IMG/VR virus record: IMGVR_UViG_3300045988_023142
Coordinates: 1-17,703 of that record
Direction: 5' to 3' (one strand)
Length of the DNA stretch: 17,703 bases
DNA from: a virus
The notes under the pieces were generated by a model. It searched no databases. It was not told where the DNA came from and saw only the letters and a list, made by a program, of their open reading frames with translations. This document shows, one piece after another, positions 5,362 to 13,804 of this stretch; position 1 is the stretch's first letter; each line of letters opens with the position of its first letter. The translations under genes and the position numbers were made by a program.

Positions 5362-5640
5362 ATGGCAGACCCGAATAATGACGGCGAGGAAAACACTACC
5401 CCACCGCCGACCGAAGAGGAACGGCAGACCGAAACCGTGGGTGATGAGGTCAAACCGAAGGAGCAGGAACCGGAACCGAATCAGGAGCCGGACGTAAGCG
5501 TGCGACTTGACAGCATCGAAAAGGAATTGGCCACCCTCAAGTCCATGATGGACATGCTCGGCTACAATGACCCCGCACCGTCCGGCAATGACGGCGACGG
5601 CGACGAAACGCAAGAGTCCATCGAAGATTTGTTCGACTAA
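5362..5640 (+). CDS. Scaffolding protein (phi29 gp7 analogue), 92 aa
   Basis: A small, very acidic (D/E/P-rich) protein with a helical central segment. It lies immediately upstream of the major capsid gene and is similar in size to phi29 gp7 (98 aa). The call rests on position and composition. Confidence 0.55.
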   Translation: MADPNNDGEENTTPPPTEEERQTETVGDEVKPKEQEPEPNQEPDVSVRLDSIEKELATLKSMMDMLGYNDPAPSGNDGDGDETQESIEDLFD

Positions 5641-5656
5641 ATAGAAAGGTATAATA

Positions 5657-7372
5657 ATGTCCAATATTCGACCGTTAGCCGGTAAGGGTGACGTTGAGAT
5701 CTTCAACGCAGTCCGAAACGCCACCTCACCCCAGTTCCAGACCCGCATTCCGAGCGCAACGCAGGGCAATATTCGCAACGCGGTGGAGACCATGCGCAAT
5801 TTCCCGTACCTGCGCGATGAATTTACGGGCGTGCTTATCCAGCGCCTGATTGGCCTATATGTCCAGCATGCCGACTGGGACGACCCGCTCAAGCTCATCG
5901 GCTCCCCACGCACCCTGAAGCGTTACGGCTCTACTTACGAACAGGCGGCGGTCGGCCTGGTCAAGGCACGCACCCGCAACTTTAATCAGGAGTACTTGGG
6001 CGATGATGTGTATGGCCGCTACAGTCTGCCAACCGCGTCCGTATTCCACCCGCTGACGTTCGATCATTACTATCCCGTCACCATTCCGGAAGACGCGCTT
6101 CTCACCGCGTTTGACGGAGAGTCGGGCATGAGTGACTACATTTCCGAGATTATGAACGCCCCTATCCTCTCGGATAGGAACGATATGTATTTGATGAAGA
6201 CGCAGTGTTTCGCGGAGTACGCACGCAAGGGCGGCTTCTACCGCGTCCACACCCCCGACGTTGGCAAGGCGGATTCCACGGAAGCGGACGCAAAGGGATT
6301 GCTGCGACTTATCCAGCAGGTGGCGAACGAATTGAAGGCGTCTCCAATGTCGGCCATGCCACGATACAACGCCATGTCTTGGGTCACTCCATGGCGCGAT
6401 AGCGAAGCGATCCTGTTCGCCACGCCGCAGGTTATCGCCGCACTCAACGTGGAAGCTCTCGCCGCCGCCTTTAATATTGATAAGGCTAATGTCCCGTACC
6501 GCATTATTCCTATCCCGGAAGACATGTTCGGTATCGGCGGACAGGGCGGCAAGGTTCAGGCCGTCCTGACCACCGAAGACTTCTTCTTCTGCTGGGATGA
6601 GATGTTGGAGACGACAAATTCCCCCGTGAACCCGATTGACGGCACCCGCAACATCTTCTACAAGCATAGGGGGTCTATTACCCCTAACCCGTTTGCCAAT
6701 GCCGTGCTGTTTTGGACGGGCGAAGGCTCCAACGAGTCCGTAACCCTGCCGGATACGCTCACCACTTCCACTCCGAAATTCACCCTGCGCGTCATGAAGT
6801 ACGGTCAGCCCTCCATCACCCCCCAAAACGTGTCGCGCGGTGATTTGGTGCAGGTGGCGTCCGAAATTACGAGCGCAAATAAGGCCAAGGCCTCGTTCCA
6901 GCCGGTCGGCATCGAATACAAGGTTGAGGGTGCGACTTCCCAGTTCACCTCGATCGATAACGACGGTATCCTGCGCTGTGGATTGGACGAAACCGCCGAA
7001 ACGCTTAAGGTCACCGCCCAGGCCACCTATATTAACCCCGCCCATCCTGAGATCGATCAGACGGTTTCCGCCGCACTGTCCGTGCCAGTGGTGGGCGAAT
7101 GGCTGGGAGGTTGGAAGACTGGAGCCATTAAATCAATTGAGATCCAGGGAGAAAAGACGGTCAAGGTCAACAACCATACCGCGCTCAAGGCTATTGCCAC
7201 CAAGACTGACGGCAATAAGGCGGACGTGACCAATCTCGCCATGTGGACGGTAAACGATAACGCCACTATCACCCCTAACGGCGTGCTGACCGGCAAGACG
7301 GCCGGTTCCGCAAGCGTTTCCGCAAAGTTCGCGGGAGCACAGGGTACGGCACAGATCACCGTCACCGCATAG
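5657..7372 (+). CDS. Major capsid protein (phi29 gp8-like) with C-terminal Ig-like (Big_2) domain(s), 571 aa
   Basis: VEIFNAVRNATSPQFQTRIPSATQGNI aligns with phi29 gp8 [27 protein letters not shown], and NPFANAVLF with SRFANAVAF. The C-terminus (nt 7127-7369, IKSIEIQGEKTVKV...GSASVSAKFAGAQGTAQITVTA) is a typical Big_2 Ig-like domain. A second beta-rich module lies before it. Confidence 0.9.
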   Translation: MSNIRPLAGKGDVEIFNAVRNATSPQFQTRIPSATQGNIRNAVETMRNFPYLRDEFTGVLIQRLIGLYVQHADWDDPLKLIGSPRTLKRYGSTYEQAAVGLVKARTRNFNQEYLGDDVYGRYSLPTASVFHPLTFDHYYPVTIPEDALLTAFDGESGMSDYISEIMNAPILSDRNDMYLMKTQCFAEYARKGGFYRVHTPDVGKADSTEADAKGLLRLIQQVANELKASPMSAMPRYNAMSWVTPWRDSEAILFATPQVIAALNVEALAAAFNIDKANVPYRIIPIPEDMFGIGGQGGKVQAVLTTEDFFFCWDEMLETTNSPVNPIDGTRNIFYKHRGSITPNPFANAVLFWTGEGSNESVTLPDTLTTSTPKFTLRVMKYGQPSITPQNVSRGDLVQVASEITSANKAKASFQPVGIEYKVEGATSQFTSIDNDGILRCGLDETAETLKVTAQATYINPAHPEIDQTVSAALSVPVVGEWLGGWKTGAIKSIEIQGEKTVKVNNHTALKAIATKTDGNKADVTNLAMWTVNDNATITPNGVLTGKTAGSASVSAKFAGAQGTAQITVTA

Positions 7373-7392
7373 TGACAACCGCCAACCGGTAA

Positions 7393-7431
7393 AATAGGTG
7401 TGGATAGACTTTTATCCACACCTATTATTTT
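7393..7431 (+). terminator. Intrinsic terminator or attenuator after the capsid gene
   Basis: A 14-bp perfect stem AATAGGTGTGGATA / TATCCACACCTATT with loop GACTTT, followed by ATTTT. The SD TAGGAGGA of the next gene follows immediately, so partial read-through is required for the tail genes. Confidence 0.75.
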
Positions 7432-7442
7432 AGGAGGACTTT

Positions 7443-9674
7443 ATGAGCGCAAACGATCTGCCCATCAATTTCAGCTATGCAAAATGGACGCCAAACACCA
7501 GATTCAAGCTCTGTAACGTGCCGTGGGACATGGGCTACAGGGATATAGTCAAATGGGACAGACAGGCCCAGCAAGAGTATTTCAACCGACTGCAAGGCAT
7601 CGAGTTCACGAATTGCACCATGAGCAAGTATGGGTTGCCGGTACGGTTGCCGGTACCGTTCGCACAAGCGAGCCAATATAATTATCTGATCGCCACGAAC
7701 GATTATGATTTTGATACCCCCCGCAGTTGGTATTATTTCGTTCAGACATGCGACTATATCAACGCCAACACGACACAGCTCAATATTCAATTGGATGTGT
7801 GGCAGAGTTTTCAGCACGATATTCGGCTGGGTAACGCCTACGTGGAACGAGGGCATGTGGGGGTTGCGAACGAAAACGCTTGGAAGGACTGGGGCAAAAC
7901 CTACTTGGATTTACCCGAAGGACTCGACACCGGCAAATGCACCGTACTCACGAATGAATCATGGAAGCCATTAATGGGCGTAGTGGACGGTCATAACCTT
8001 AAATTCGGCGTCATCATACTCTCCACCACCTCCCTATCCGTGGATTCCGGCACCAAAGACAACCCAACCATCCAGTCAGCCAGTGGCAGCTTTTTCGAAT
8101 CACAGGCAAATGGAACGGAAATTTACTACCTCGACAACCCACTGGACATTGGCAGGTTTTTCGACGGTGGAGCAACCTCACCATGGGTAACACAGGGCAT
8201 TTGCGGAATTTTCGCGGTACCGCCACTGCCTGACAAGCTTACCAGCTGGGGTGAGAAAGTCACGAAACTTTTCGGCAAGGACACGCATTTTATCGGCAAT
8301 TGCTGGAAAATGGGAGCAAGCGCAACAGACAGTTCGGACAGGTACGATGATATTATCAACATCAAAGATTTTCGTACCATGTTCCAACTCCCCGAACGCT
8401 ACCGGTACCTGAAAAAGTTTCTTACCTCCCCTTACGCCTATGTCGAATGCTCGTGCCTTAACGGGACCGTCATTGCATATGAGCCTGAGCAGATCCCCTC
8501 CGCTGATCTGATCATCCGTGAATCATGGAATTACGCGCCGCCGTCGCCTCGCCTGAACTTTTATGCACGCGGCTATCATGCAGGAAACTTGGGCGAACGT
8601 CAGCCATTGCCAAACGGGCTTGGTTTGCCTATCGATACGGGTGAAATGCTCAACGCGTCCTTTGGGATCACCAATTTTCCAACGTTCATGGCCGTCAACA
8701 ACGGATCCGCCTTGGCGCTTGCGAACAGCGCCTACACACGCCAGTACGCGCGGCAAAGCGCGGATTGGGGGTATCAGAAAACCCAAATGGGCATCAACAA
8801 TGCTTACGCTCAAGCACAATTGGGCACGCAGTACGCAAGCGCCCAGAATCGGCTCGGCACGTCGAACCGGAACGCCATGAACGCGATCAGCAACCAGAGT
8901 GCGCAGATGGGTACCGATTTGACCCTGAAAAACCTTGGATTCAACAATCAAATGGCACAGCTCAACACTATCGGGTCGGGTGTGGCAAACGCGGTTGGTT
9001 CCGCCGTCACCGGTAATATAGGAGGTGTGGCCGGTGCTATGGCGGGCACCGCGATAGGCGCATGGACGAACCAGCAAACCTACAATAACAACGTCTCAAC
9101 CGCCAACCAGCAACTGGCGAACACACAGACCACCAACAATGCCAGCACCTCACAGGCCAACGCCTATAGTCTCGCGCAAACCAACCTGTCCAACCAACAA
9201 GCCATGCAGTTTGCCGACATGAACAAACAGTTGGCACAGGCGACGGCGCAAGGCGATTATGAAAACACGATCGCAGGTATCAACGCACAGGTACAGCAGA
9301 CCCAGACCGTACCGCCCACCACGTCCGGCGCATTGGGCGGTGACGCCTTTAACCTGGCTAACGGTCTGATTGGTGTGATGGTGCGGTTCAGGCAGATATC
9401 GCCCGCAGCCATGCAGGCGATTGGAGAGGTGTGGTTAAGGTATGGCTATTATGTGCAGCGGTTTATGAGACTGCCGGATGATCTTATGGCCATGAGCAAT
9501 TTCACATACTGGAAACTCCATGAGCTGTATGTGCGTAGCTCGACGTGTCCAGAAGAGTACCGCCTGACCGTCAAGGGCATTTTCGAGAGTGGCGTGACCG
9601 TGTGGACTGACCCCGATAGGATTGGCGTCACCGACTATGCGGATAACGTGCCACTAGCCGGTATCGCATACTAA
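7443..9674 (+). CDS. Tail knob / distal tail tube protein (phi29 gp9-like), 743 aa
   Basis: [23 protein letters not shown] aligns with phi29 gp9 [69 protein letters not shown]...YVERGHV aligns with [41 protein letters not shown]...IVREHV. It contains a Q/N-rich region and a Gly-rich hydrophobic segment (aa 510-541). Confidence 0.85.
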   Translation: [743 protein letters not shown]

Positions 9675-9730
9675 AGGGTATAATGGAGAAAGTTATATGA
9701 CTCTCTCCATTGTTTTTCAGGACGGTGATC

Positions 9731-10669
9731 ATGGGTAAACGCAATAACGCAAGGAAGGCCGCGCACTGGGATAACCAGAGCGTGCTCGGCAGCATGTGGG
9801 GCAATCTGAATCTACCGGAAATGCGGCAATCGCTCAGGATCAATCAATATATGAAATTGATTGAAATGCTGGCCGTGTCGCGTTTCAAATGGGTGAACCT
9901 ACCACCGTATATTGACGAGCGCTATTTGGAACTCACCTTATTCGAGAATGGTCTGGCACTGTTTTTTCCTGACAAACGTAAGGGCGTCAACCGTTTCATG
10001 GCCACAGCGGGCAATATCGGCGGGGTGAACAACTACAATAATCCAACCAGTTTCCAGCCGGTAGCCACGAATTACTCGCACCCGCAGATCGGAAGCAAGG
10101 AATGCGTACCGATCTGGGATAACCAATTACGGTGCACCATGATCGATGTCATGTGGAATTACGCCACACGACTCGCCATCGCAGATCGTGCTTTGGACGT
10201 GAATTTGGACAATATCAGTGTACCGTTGATTATCGCCACGTCCGAAACCAACAAGCTCACCGCGCAAAATTTGATGAAAGCGCGAGAAGACGGCGATCCC
10301 TATATTTACGCCTACGATTCGGCGGACATTACCGGCATGTTCCAGACATTCCCCAACGTCACGCCCTTTTTGGCCGATAAAATCATCACCACCAAAACAC
10401 AGATTTGGAACGAACTCGTAAACTATCTGGGAATTGACAACTCGACCACCGAAAAGAAGGAGCGTTTGCTTGAATCGGAAGTCACGGCTGGAAACTCGCG
10501 TACGAACGTGTTTCGCCTGAGCTATCTGAAAGCTCGCCAGCAGGCGTGCGATACGATCAACCGCTTGTGGCCGCAAATGGCCGACTCGGGATTCCCCATT
10601 GGCGTCGAGTGGAACGACACCACTTCAGGGGGGCTATTGGACGTGGAAGGCAACAAGGAAGAGGAATGA
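9731..10669 (+). CDS. Portal / head-tail connector (phi29 gp10-like), 312 aa
   Basis: FKWVNLPPYIDERYLE aligns with phi29 gp10 FEWENLPPTINPSFLE. WNELVNYLGIDNSTTEKKERLLESEV aligns with [26 protein letters not shown]. I chose the ATG at 9731; the TTG at 9710 is in frame but has no SD. Confidence 0.92.
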   Translation: MGKRNNARKAAHWDNQSVLGSMWGNLNLPEMRQSLRINQYMKLIEMLAVSRFKWVNLPPYIDERYLELTLFENGLALFFPDKRKGVNRFMATAGNIGGVNNYNNPTSFQPVATNYSHPQIGSKECVPIWDNQLRCTMIDVMWNYATRLAIADRALDVNLDNISVPLIIATSETNKLTAQNLMKAREDGDPYIYAYDSADITGMFQTFPNVTPFLADKIITTKTQIWNELVNYLGIDNSTTEKKERLLESEVTAGNSRTNVFRLSYLKARQQACDTINRLWPQMADSGFPIGVEWNDTTSGGLLDVEGNKEEE

Positions 10670-11484
10670 TCATGGTGCAGGACTTGAGCATGTACGCCAT
10701 CAAAGACAGTATGTCGGATTACACTTTGACGCTTGGCAATCTGATAGACCGTGGTTTTAATACGGATGAAAAATTGCATTTGAGCGCTCAATATTATCCG
10801 ATTTTCGACGAAAACTATAGGGCGAAATTGAACGATAAAATCGTGGCGCACTACGCACTGCGCGAAATCGGCTCGGAAACGCCGCAAATGTTCGTATTTT
10901 ATTTGGGGCGTACCATGCGCGAACAAATGGACTATTACAATCAGCTCTATTTGTCTGCGCAACGCAAGTTCGACCCGTTCATGACATCCGACATCCGACA
11001 GGAAATGGACTCAACCAGCACGAATGAATCTTCGGGCAGATCTTCGGGCACGCAGTCAAACGAATCCACGGCAACCAGTACGTCCGACACTACCGCCGAC
11101 AATTCGTCCATGACGTTTAACAGCGAGTTTCCGCAGACTCGTATAGATGATTTCAAGCAGTTCGCCACCAGCGCGTCACAGACGGATTCATTGGGCAACA
11201 CACATACGGCAACCCAGCAGGACAGTACGGCCACCGCAACCAGCACCAGCAACACGGATTACGCGCACTCTTCGGACAAGGGTAATAGCGTATCGCATAC
11301 GATCGGAACCAGCGGGTCACAATCACAGCTCTTGCAGGACTGGCGTAACACCATGCTCAATATTGACATGATGGTAATCAATTCGTTGGAAAATCTCTTT
11401 ATGGGCATGTGGGGCAGCGGTGACGACATGACCAACGTTCCACAATTGTATTCCACGTCACTCGCCTATAATCTCGGCCACTAG
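10666..11484 (+). CDS. Lower collar protein (phi29 gp11 analogue), 272 aa
   Basis: The ATG at 10666 overlaps the portal stop (ATGA), and a second ATG lies at 10672. SD GGAAGAGGA is present. The position directly after the portal and the size (phi29 gp11 is 293 aa) fit. It has a long S/T-rich segment. The call is mainly positional. Confidence 0.6.
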   Translation: MIMVQDLSMYAIKDSMSDYTLTLGNLIDRGFNTDEKLHLSAQYYPIFDENYRAKLNDKIVAHYALREIGSETPQMFVFYLGRTMREQMDYYNQLYLSAQRKFDPFMTSDIRQEMDSTSTNESSGRSSGTQSNESTATSTSDTTADNSSMTFNSEFPQTRIDDFKQFATSASQTDSLGNTHTATQQDSTATATSTSNTDYAHSSDKGNSVSHTIGTSGSQSQLLQDWRNTMLNIDMMVINSLENLFMGMWGSGDDMTNVPQLYSTSLAYNLGH

Positions 11485-11518
11485 AGTATACTTGACTTGA
11501 GACAGATTGGAGGATCTT

Positions 11519-12040
11519 ATGGACGGAATCAACATGTGCGCCGCCCCCTTGGACATCGACCCGCGACAACGGTATTTCACGACGGTGCAGCCATTCTCAT
11601 ACCGTGACACGTTGACGGTGTTGGGGTATGTGCAGGAGGTGGCCGAGCATATCGACCAGCTCAGGGAACAGCTCGACAATCTCGCCAAAGACGAAAACGC
11701 CGACATCGAGGCTATCGATAAAGTTCTCTCCGAGATCGCTGCATGGCAGGCCTCAGTCGATACCGCACTGGATGATCTCGCGAAAAAGGTAGACCAGTAT
11801 CAGGCATCGTCACTCACCTATAATCCGACAACAGGACAATACGAGGATTCCAGAAACACCGATCGTGACATGTACCGCGAATTGGCCGTATTCGGAGCAC
11901 GGGTAGACCAGATGGCAACCATGACCACCGAACGGGCTGCACAATATGATTGCATCACATGGGCAGTTTTAGGTAACCATGATATTTTCGGCAACAAAGA
12001 ACCGAGGGTAACCCCCCGAAAAAGGACGGTACAGCAATGA
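11519..12040 (+). CDS. Hypothetical virion-associated coiled-coil protein (173 aa)
   Basis: The ATG at 11519 lies 5 nt after GGAGG (11509-11513). The central heptad-like helical segment is VQEVAEHIDQLREQLDNLAKDENADIEAIDKVLSEIAAWQASVDTALDDLAKKVDQY. It lies between the collar and fibre genes. Function unknown. Confidence 0.55.
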   Translation: MDGINMCAAPLDIDPRQRYFTTVQPFSYRDTLTVLGYVQEVAEHIDQLREQLDNLAKDENADIEAIDKVLSEIAAWQASVDTALDDLAKKVDQYQASSLTYNPTTGQYEDSRNTDRDMYRELAVFGARVDQMATMTTERAAQYDCITWAVLGNHDIFGNKEPRVTPRKRTVQQ

Positions 12041-12201
12041 CCAACGTCCAATACAATATGACACAACACCTGGCATTACCGCTCTATACGGACGATACGC
12101 CAATGGACTTGCGAGATGGCTATAATAATTCCATGCGTATCTTGGATCAGAAAATTCACCAGCTCGAAATTCTTGTCAGAGAATCTAAGGAAGTGGGCTG
12201 A
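12037..12201 (+). CDS. 54-aa protein paralogous to the N-terminal anchor region of the downstream tail fibre
   Basis: The ATG at 12037 overlaps the previous stop (ATGA). LALPLYTDDTPMDLRDGYNNSMRILDQKI matches fibre residues YGLNLYGDDDPADLRDGYNGSMRTIDSTL at 17 of 29 positions. Nucleotide differences in the conserved block are mostly synonymous. It is below the ORF-track cutoff. Confidence 0.5.
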   Translation: MTNVQYNMTQHLALPLYTDDTPMDLRDGYNNSMRILDQKIHQLEILVRESKEVG

Positions 12202-12269
12202 TGGGAACCGTCTACGATAAGTTGTCATTCCTTAATTATGCACTAAACAGTAAAAGAAAAGGATAATAT

Positions 12270-13751
12270 ATGTCAACCATATACTCCAAAACCGACAATT
12301 ACGGCTTGAATTTGTATGGCGACGATGATCCCGCCGACCTGAGAGACGGATATAACGGCTCCATGCGCACCATTGACTCCACACTCGAAACGCATTTGAA
12401 CCGTATCGAGGGCGTGGAAGCGCGTGAAACCCATGATGAAGCGGTCATGAAGGCGCTGCTTGTGGATAACACGGTGGATAATGCCACCGCTGCGAAAACC
12501 AAGTGGGATAAAGCGGCTACGGACGTGACCGCAGCAGCAAGCAAGGCCGACAACAATAGCGCCATTCTTACCGCGCTAGGCGCGGACACCACCGTTCACG
12601 CCACCGCCAATAGGACGAAATGGGATAAAGCGGGGACGGACGCTATCGAAGCGCTGGCAGACGCCGCCACCGCCACTGGAAAAGCCAATTCCAACACGGC
12701 GATTCTCACCGCGCTAGGCGCGGACACCACCGTTCACGCCACCGCCAACAAGACCAAGTGGGATAAAGCAAGTACGGATGCTGTCAGCGCTAACGACGCT
12801 ATCGCTCGAATCCTCAAGTCGCTCTCACAGACCAACGGCCACTTGGTTACGTTCGGTGACTCGTACGGGATTAACGCGGATAAGACGCGCGAATGGCCGA
12901 CCGTACTCAATATCCGACTGGGTGAAAATAGCGTACTGCACAATTACTGTATCGCAGGAGCTGGCTACGCCGCGCCCAACACCACATTCCAGTCCGAGCT
13001 TGACAACGCAAAAGCGGACACCAGCTATAACCATGATGAAGTCGGCTTAGTGGTGATCGCGGGTAGCCGCAACACCAACGACGGGTATTCGGGGGCATTG
13101 CGTGTCGCCGCGGTAAGCCTATACGAGGGAGTTAAACGAGAGTTCCCGAACGCTCGAATCATTGTAGTGCCCATGCTATGGGACTGGGCGCCAGTATCAA
13201 ATTATTGGCGGTACAATTCCGCATCCTGTATTTCCGCTGCCCGAGAGGTCGGCGTGGAAGCGGTGCCATGGGCCTGGACATGGAACTTGGGTAATGACAC
13301 GTATTTCCCGACCGGTGATATTCATCCGAACGCGGACGGTACGAACGTGATCGTAAGCTACATGCTTGATTACATCAACCACAATTACACGGGGCGTACC
13401 GAATCGTATTCATGGAGGGACTCAACCTATACGCTCGCACTATTCACCGTTAACGCTTCGGGAGGACTCATCACGTTCGGCTGGCATCTCGCCAGCAACG
13501 TCACCGCCGCTAATTTCGTGGACGTTAAAAACGCATTGCCGAAATGGGCCGAACGCGACAAAGATTCCACCAACGAGCCGGACGCATGGGCGCTCATGGC
13601 ATCCAACGGCGCGAACGACGCCACCCTGTTTAAGGTGTTGGGGTCTGACGATCACGTGAGTGGCACGTTCGGCATCCAACCATACACCACAACCGGTGCC
13701 CATGGTTCCCCCAATGGTCTGATGGGTGGCGGTTTTACCGTCGCATGGTAA
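12270..13751 (+). CDS. Tail fibre / appendage protein with SGNH (GDSL-like) esterase domain, 493 aa
   Basis: The N-terminal motif is of the kind common in Gram-positive phage fibre proteins (YGLNLYGDDDPADLRDGYNGSMRTID). It has 2.5 helical repeats (KTKWDKA...ILTALGADTTVHATAN). SGNH blocks are FGDSYG (Ser198), IAGAGY, GSRNTND and GDIHPNADG (Asp350/His352). The C-terminal ~120 aa form a beta-rich domain. It occupies the phi29 gp12 position. Confidence 0.75.
   Translation: MSTIYSKTDNYGLNLYGDDDPADLRDGYNGSMRTIDSTLETHLNRIEGVEARETHDEAVMKALLVDNTVDNATAAKTKWDKAATDVTAAASKADNNSAILTALGADTTVHATANRTKWDKAGTDAIEALADAATATGKANSNTAILTALGADTTVHATANKTKWDKASTDAVSANDAIARILKSLSQTNGHLVTFGDSYGINADKTREWPTVLNIRLGENSVLHNYCIAGAGYAAPNTTFQSELDNAKADTSYNHDEVGLVVIAGSRNTNDGYSGALRVAAVSLYEGVKREFPNARIIVVPMLWDWAPVSNYWRYNSASCISAAREVGVEAVPWAWTWNLGNDTYFPTGDIHPNADGTNVIVSYMLDYINHNYTGRTESYSWRDSTYTLALFTVNASGGLITFGWHLASNVTAANFVDVKNALPKWAERDKDSTNEPDAWALMASNGANDATLFKVLGSDDHVSGTFGIQPYTTTGAHGSPNGLMGGGFTVAW
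12495..12790 (+). repeat. Intragenic tandem repeats (units of 117 and 138 nt, third partial) with a 41-bp identical core at 12570-12610 and 12708-12748
   Basis: K/RTKWDKA starts at 12495, 12612 and 12750. Unit 2 is exactly 7 aa (one heptad, IEALADA region) longer than unit 1. I verified by eye that the core ACCGCGCTAGGCGCGGACACCACCGTTCACGCCACCGCCAA is identical in both copies. Confidence 0.9.
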
Positions 13752-13770
13752 TCTCCATGCTGCCTTAACG

Positions 13771-13804
13771 ATAGCCATATCGCCTATAATGGTGATATGG
13801 CTAT
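13771..13804 (+). promoter_or_regulatory. Hairpin enclosing the start codon of the tail lysin gene
   Basis: An 11-bp perfect stem ATAGCCATATC (13771-13781) / GATATGGCTAT (13794-13804) with a 12-nt loop GCCTATAATGGT. The ATG at 13797 lies in the 3' arm. The structure is certain; its regulatory role is inferred. Confidence 0.4.

Noticed and set aside
5855-7045. 396-aa ORF on the minus strand (also 5293-5913, 206 aa)
   Set aside because: It is antisense to the clearly homologous major capsid and scaffold genes. The product is Gly/Arg/Val-rich, typical of antisense translation of a GC-rich third-position gene. No SD.
9678-9683. TATAAT hexamers without the TG extension (also near 5651, 11466, 12119 and 13786)
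   Set aside because: They lack both TGn and a -35. A bare TATAAT is not rare enough to call. Several coincide with SD/spacer regions rich in A/T.
10990-11330. S/T-rich (lower collar) and Q/N-rich (tail knob, about 8740-9330) low-complexity regions as possible hypervariable or diversity-generating targets
   Set aside because: No reverse transcriptase, no template repeat and no DNA-level repeat were seen. The composition is consistent with flexible or tube-lining segments of phi29-type tail proteins.
12199-12269. Read-through or frameshift extension of the 54-aa ORF into the fibre gene
   Set aside because: Read-through of the TGA gives only about 15 more codons before a TAA. No slippery heptamer or downstream pseudoknot was noticed. 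The fibre has its own SD and ATG.
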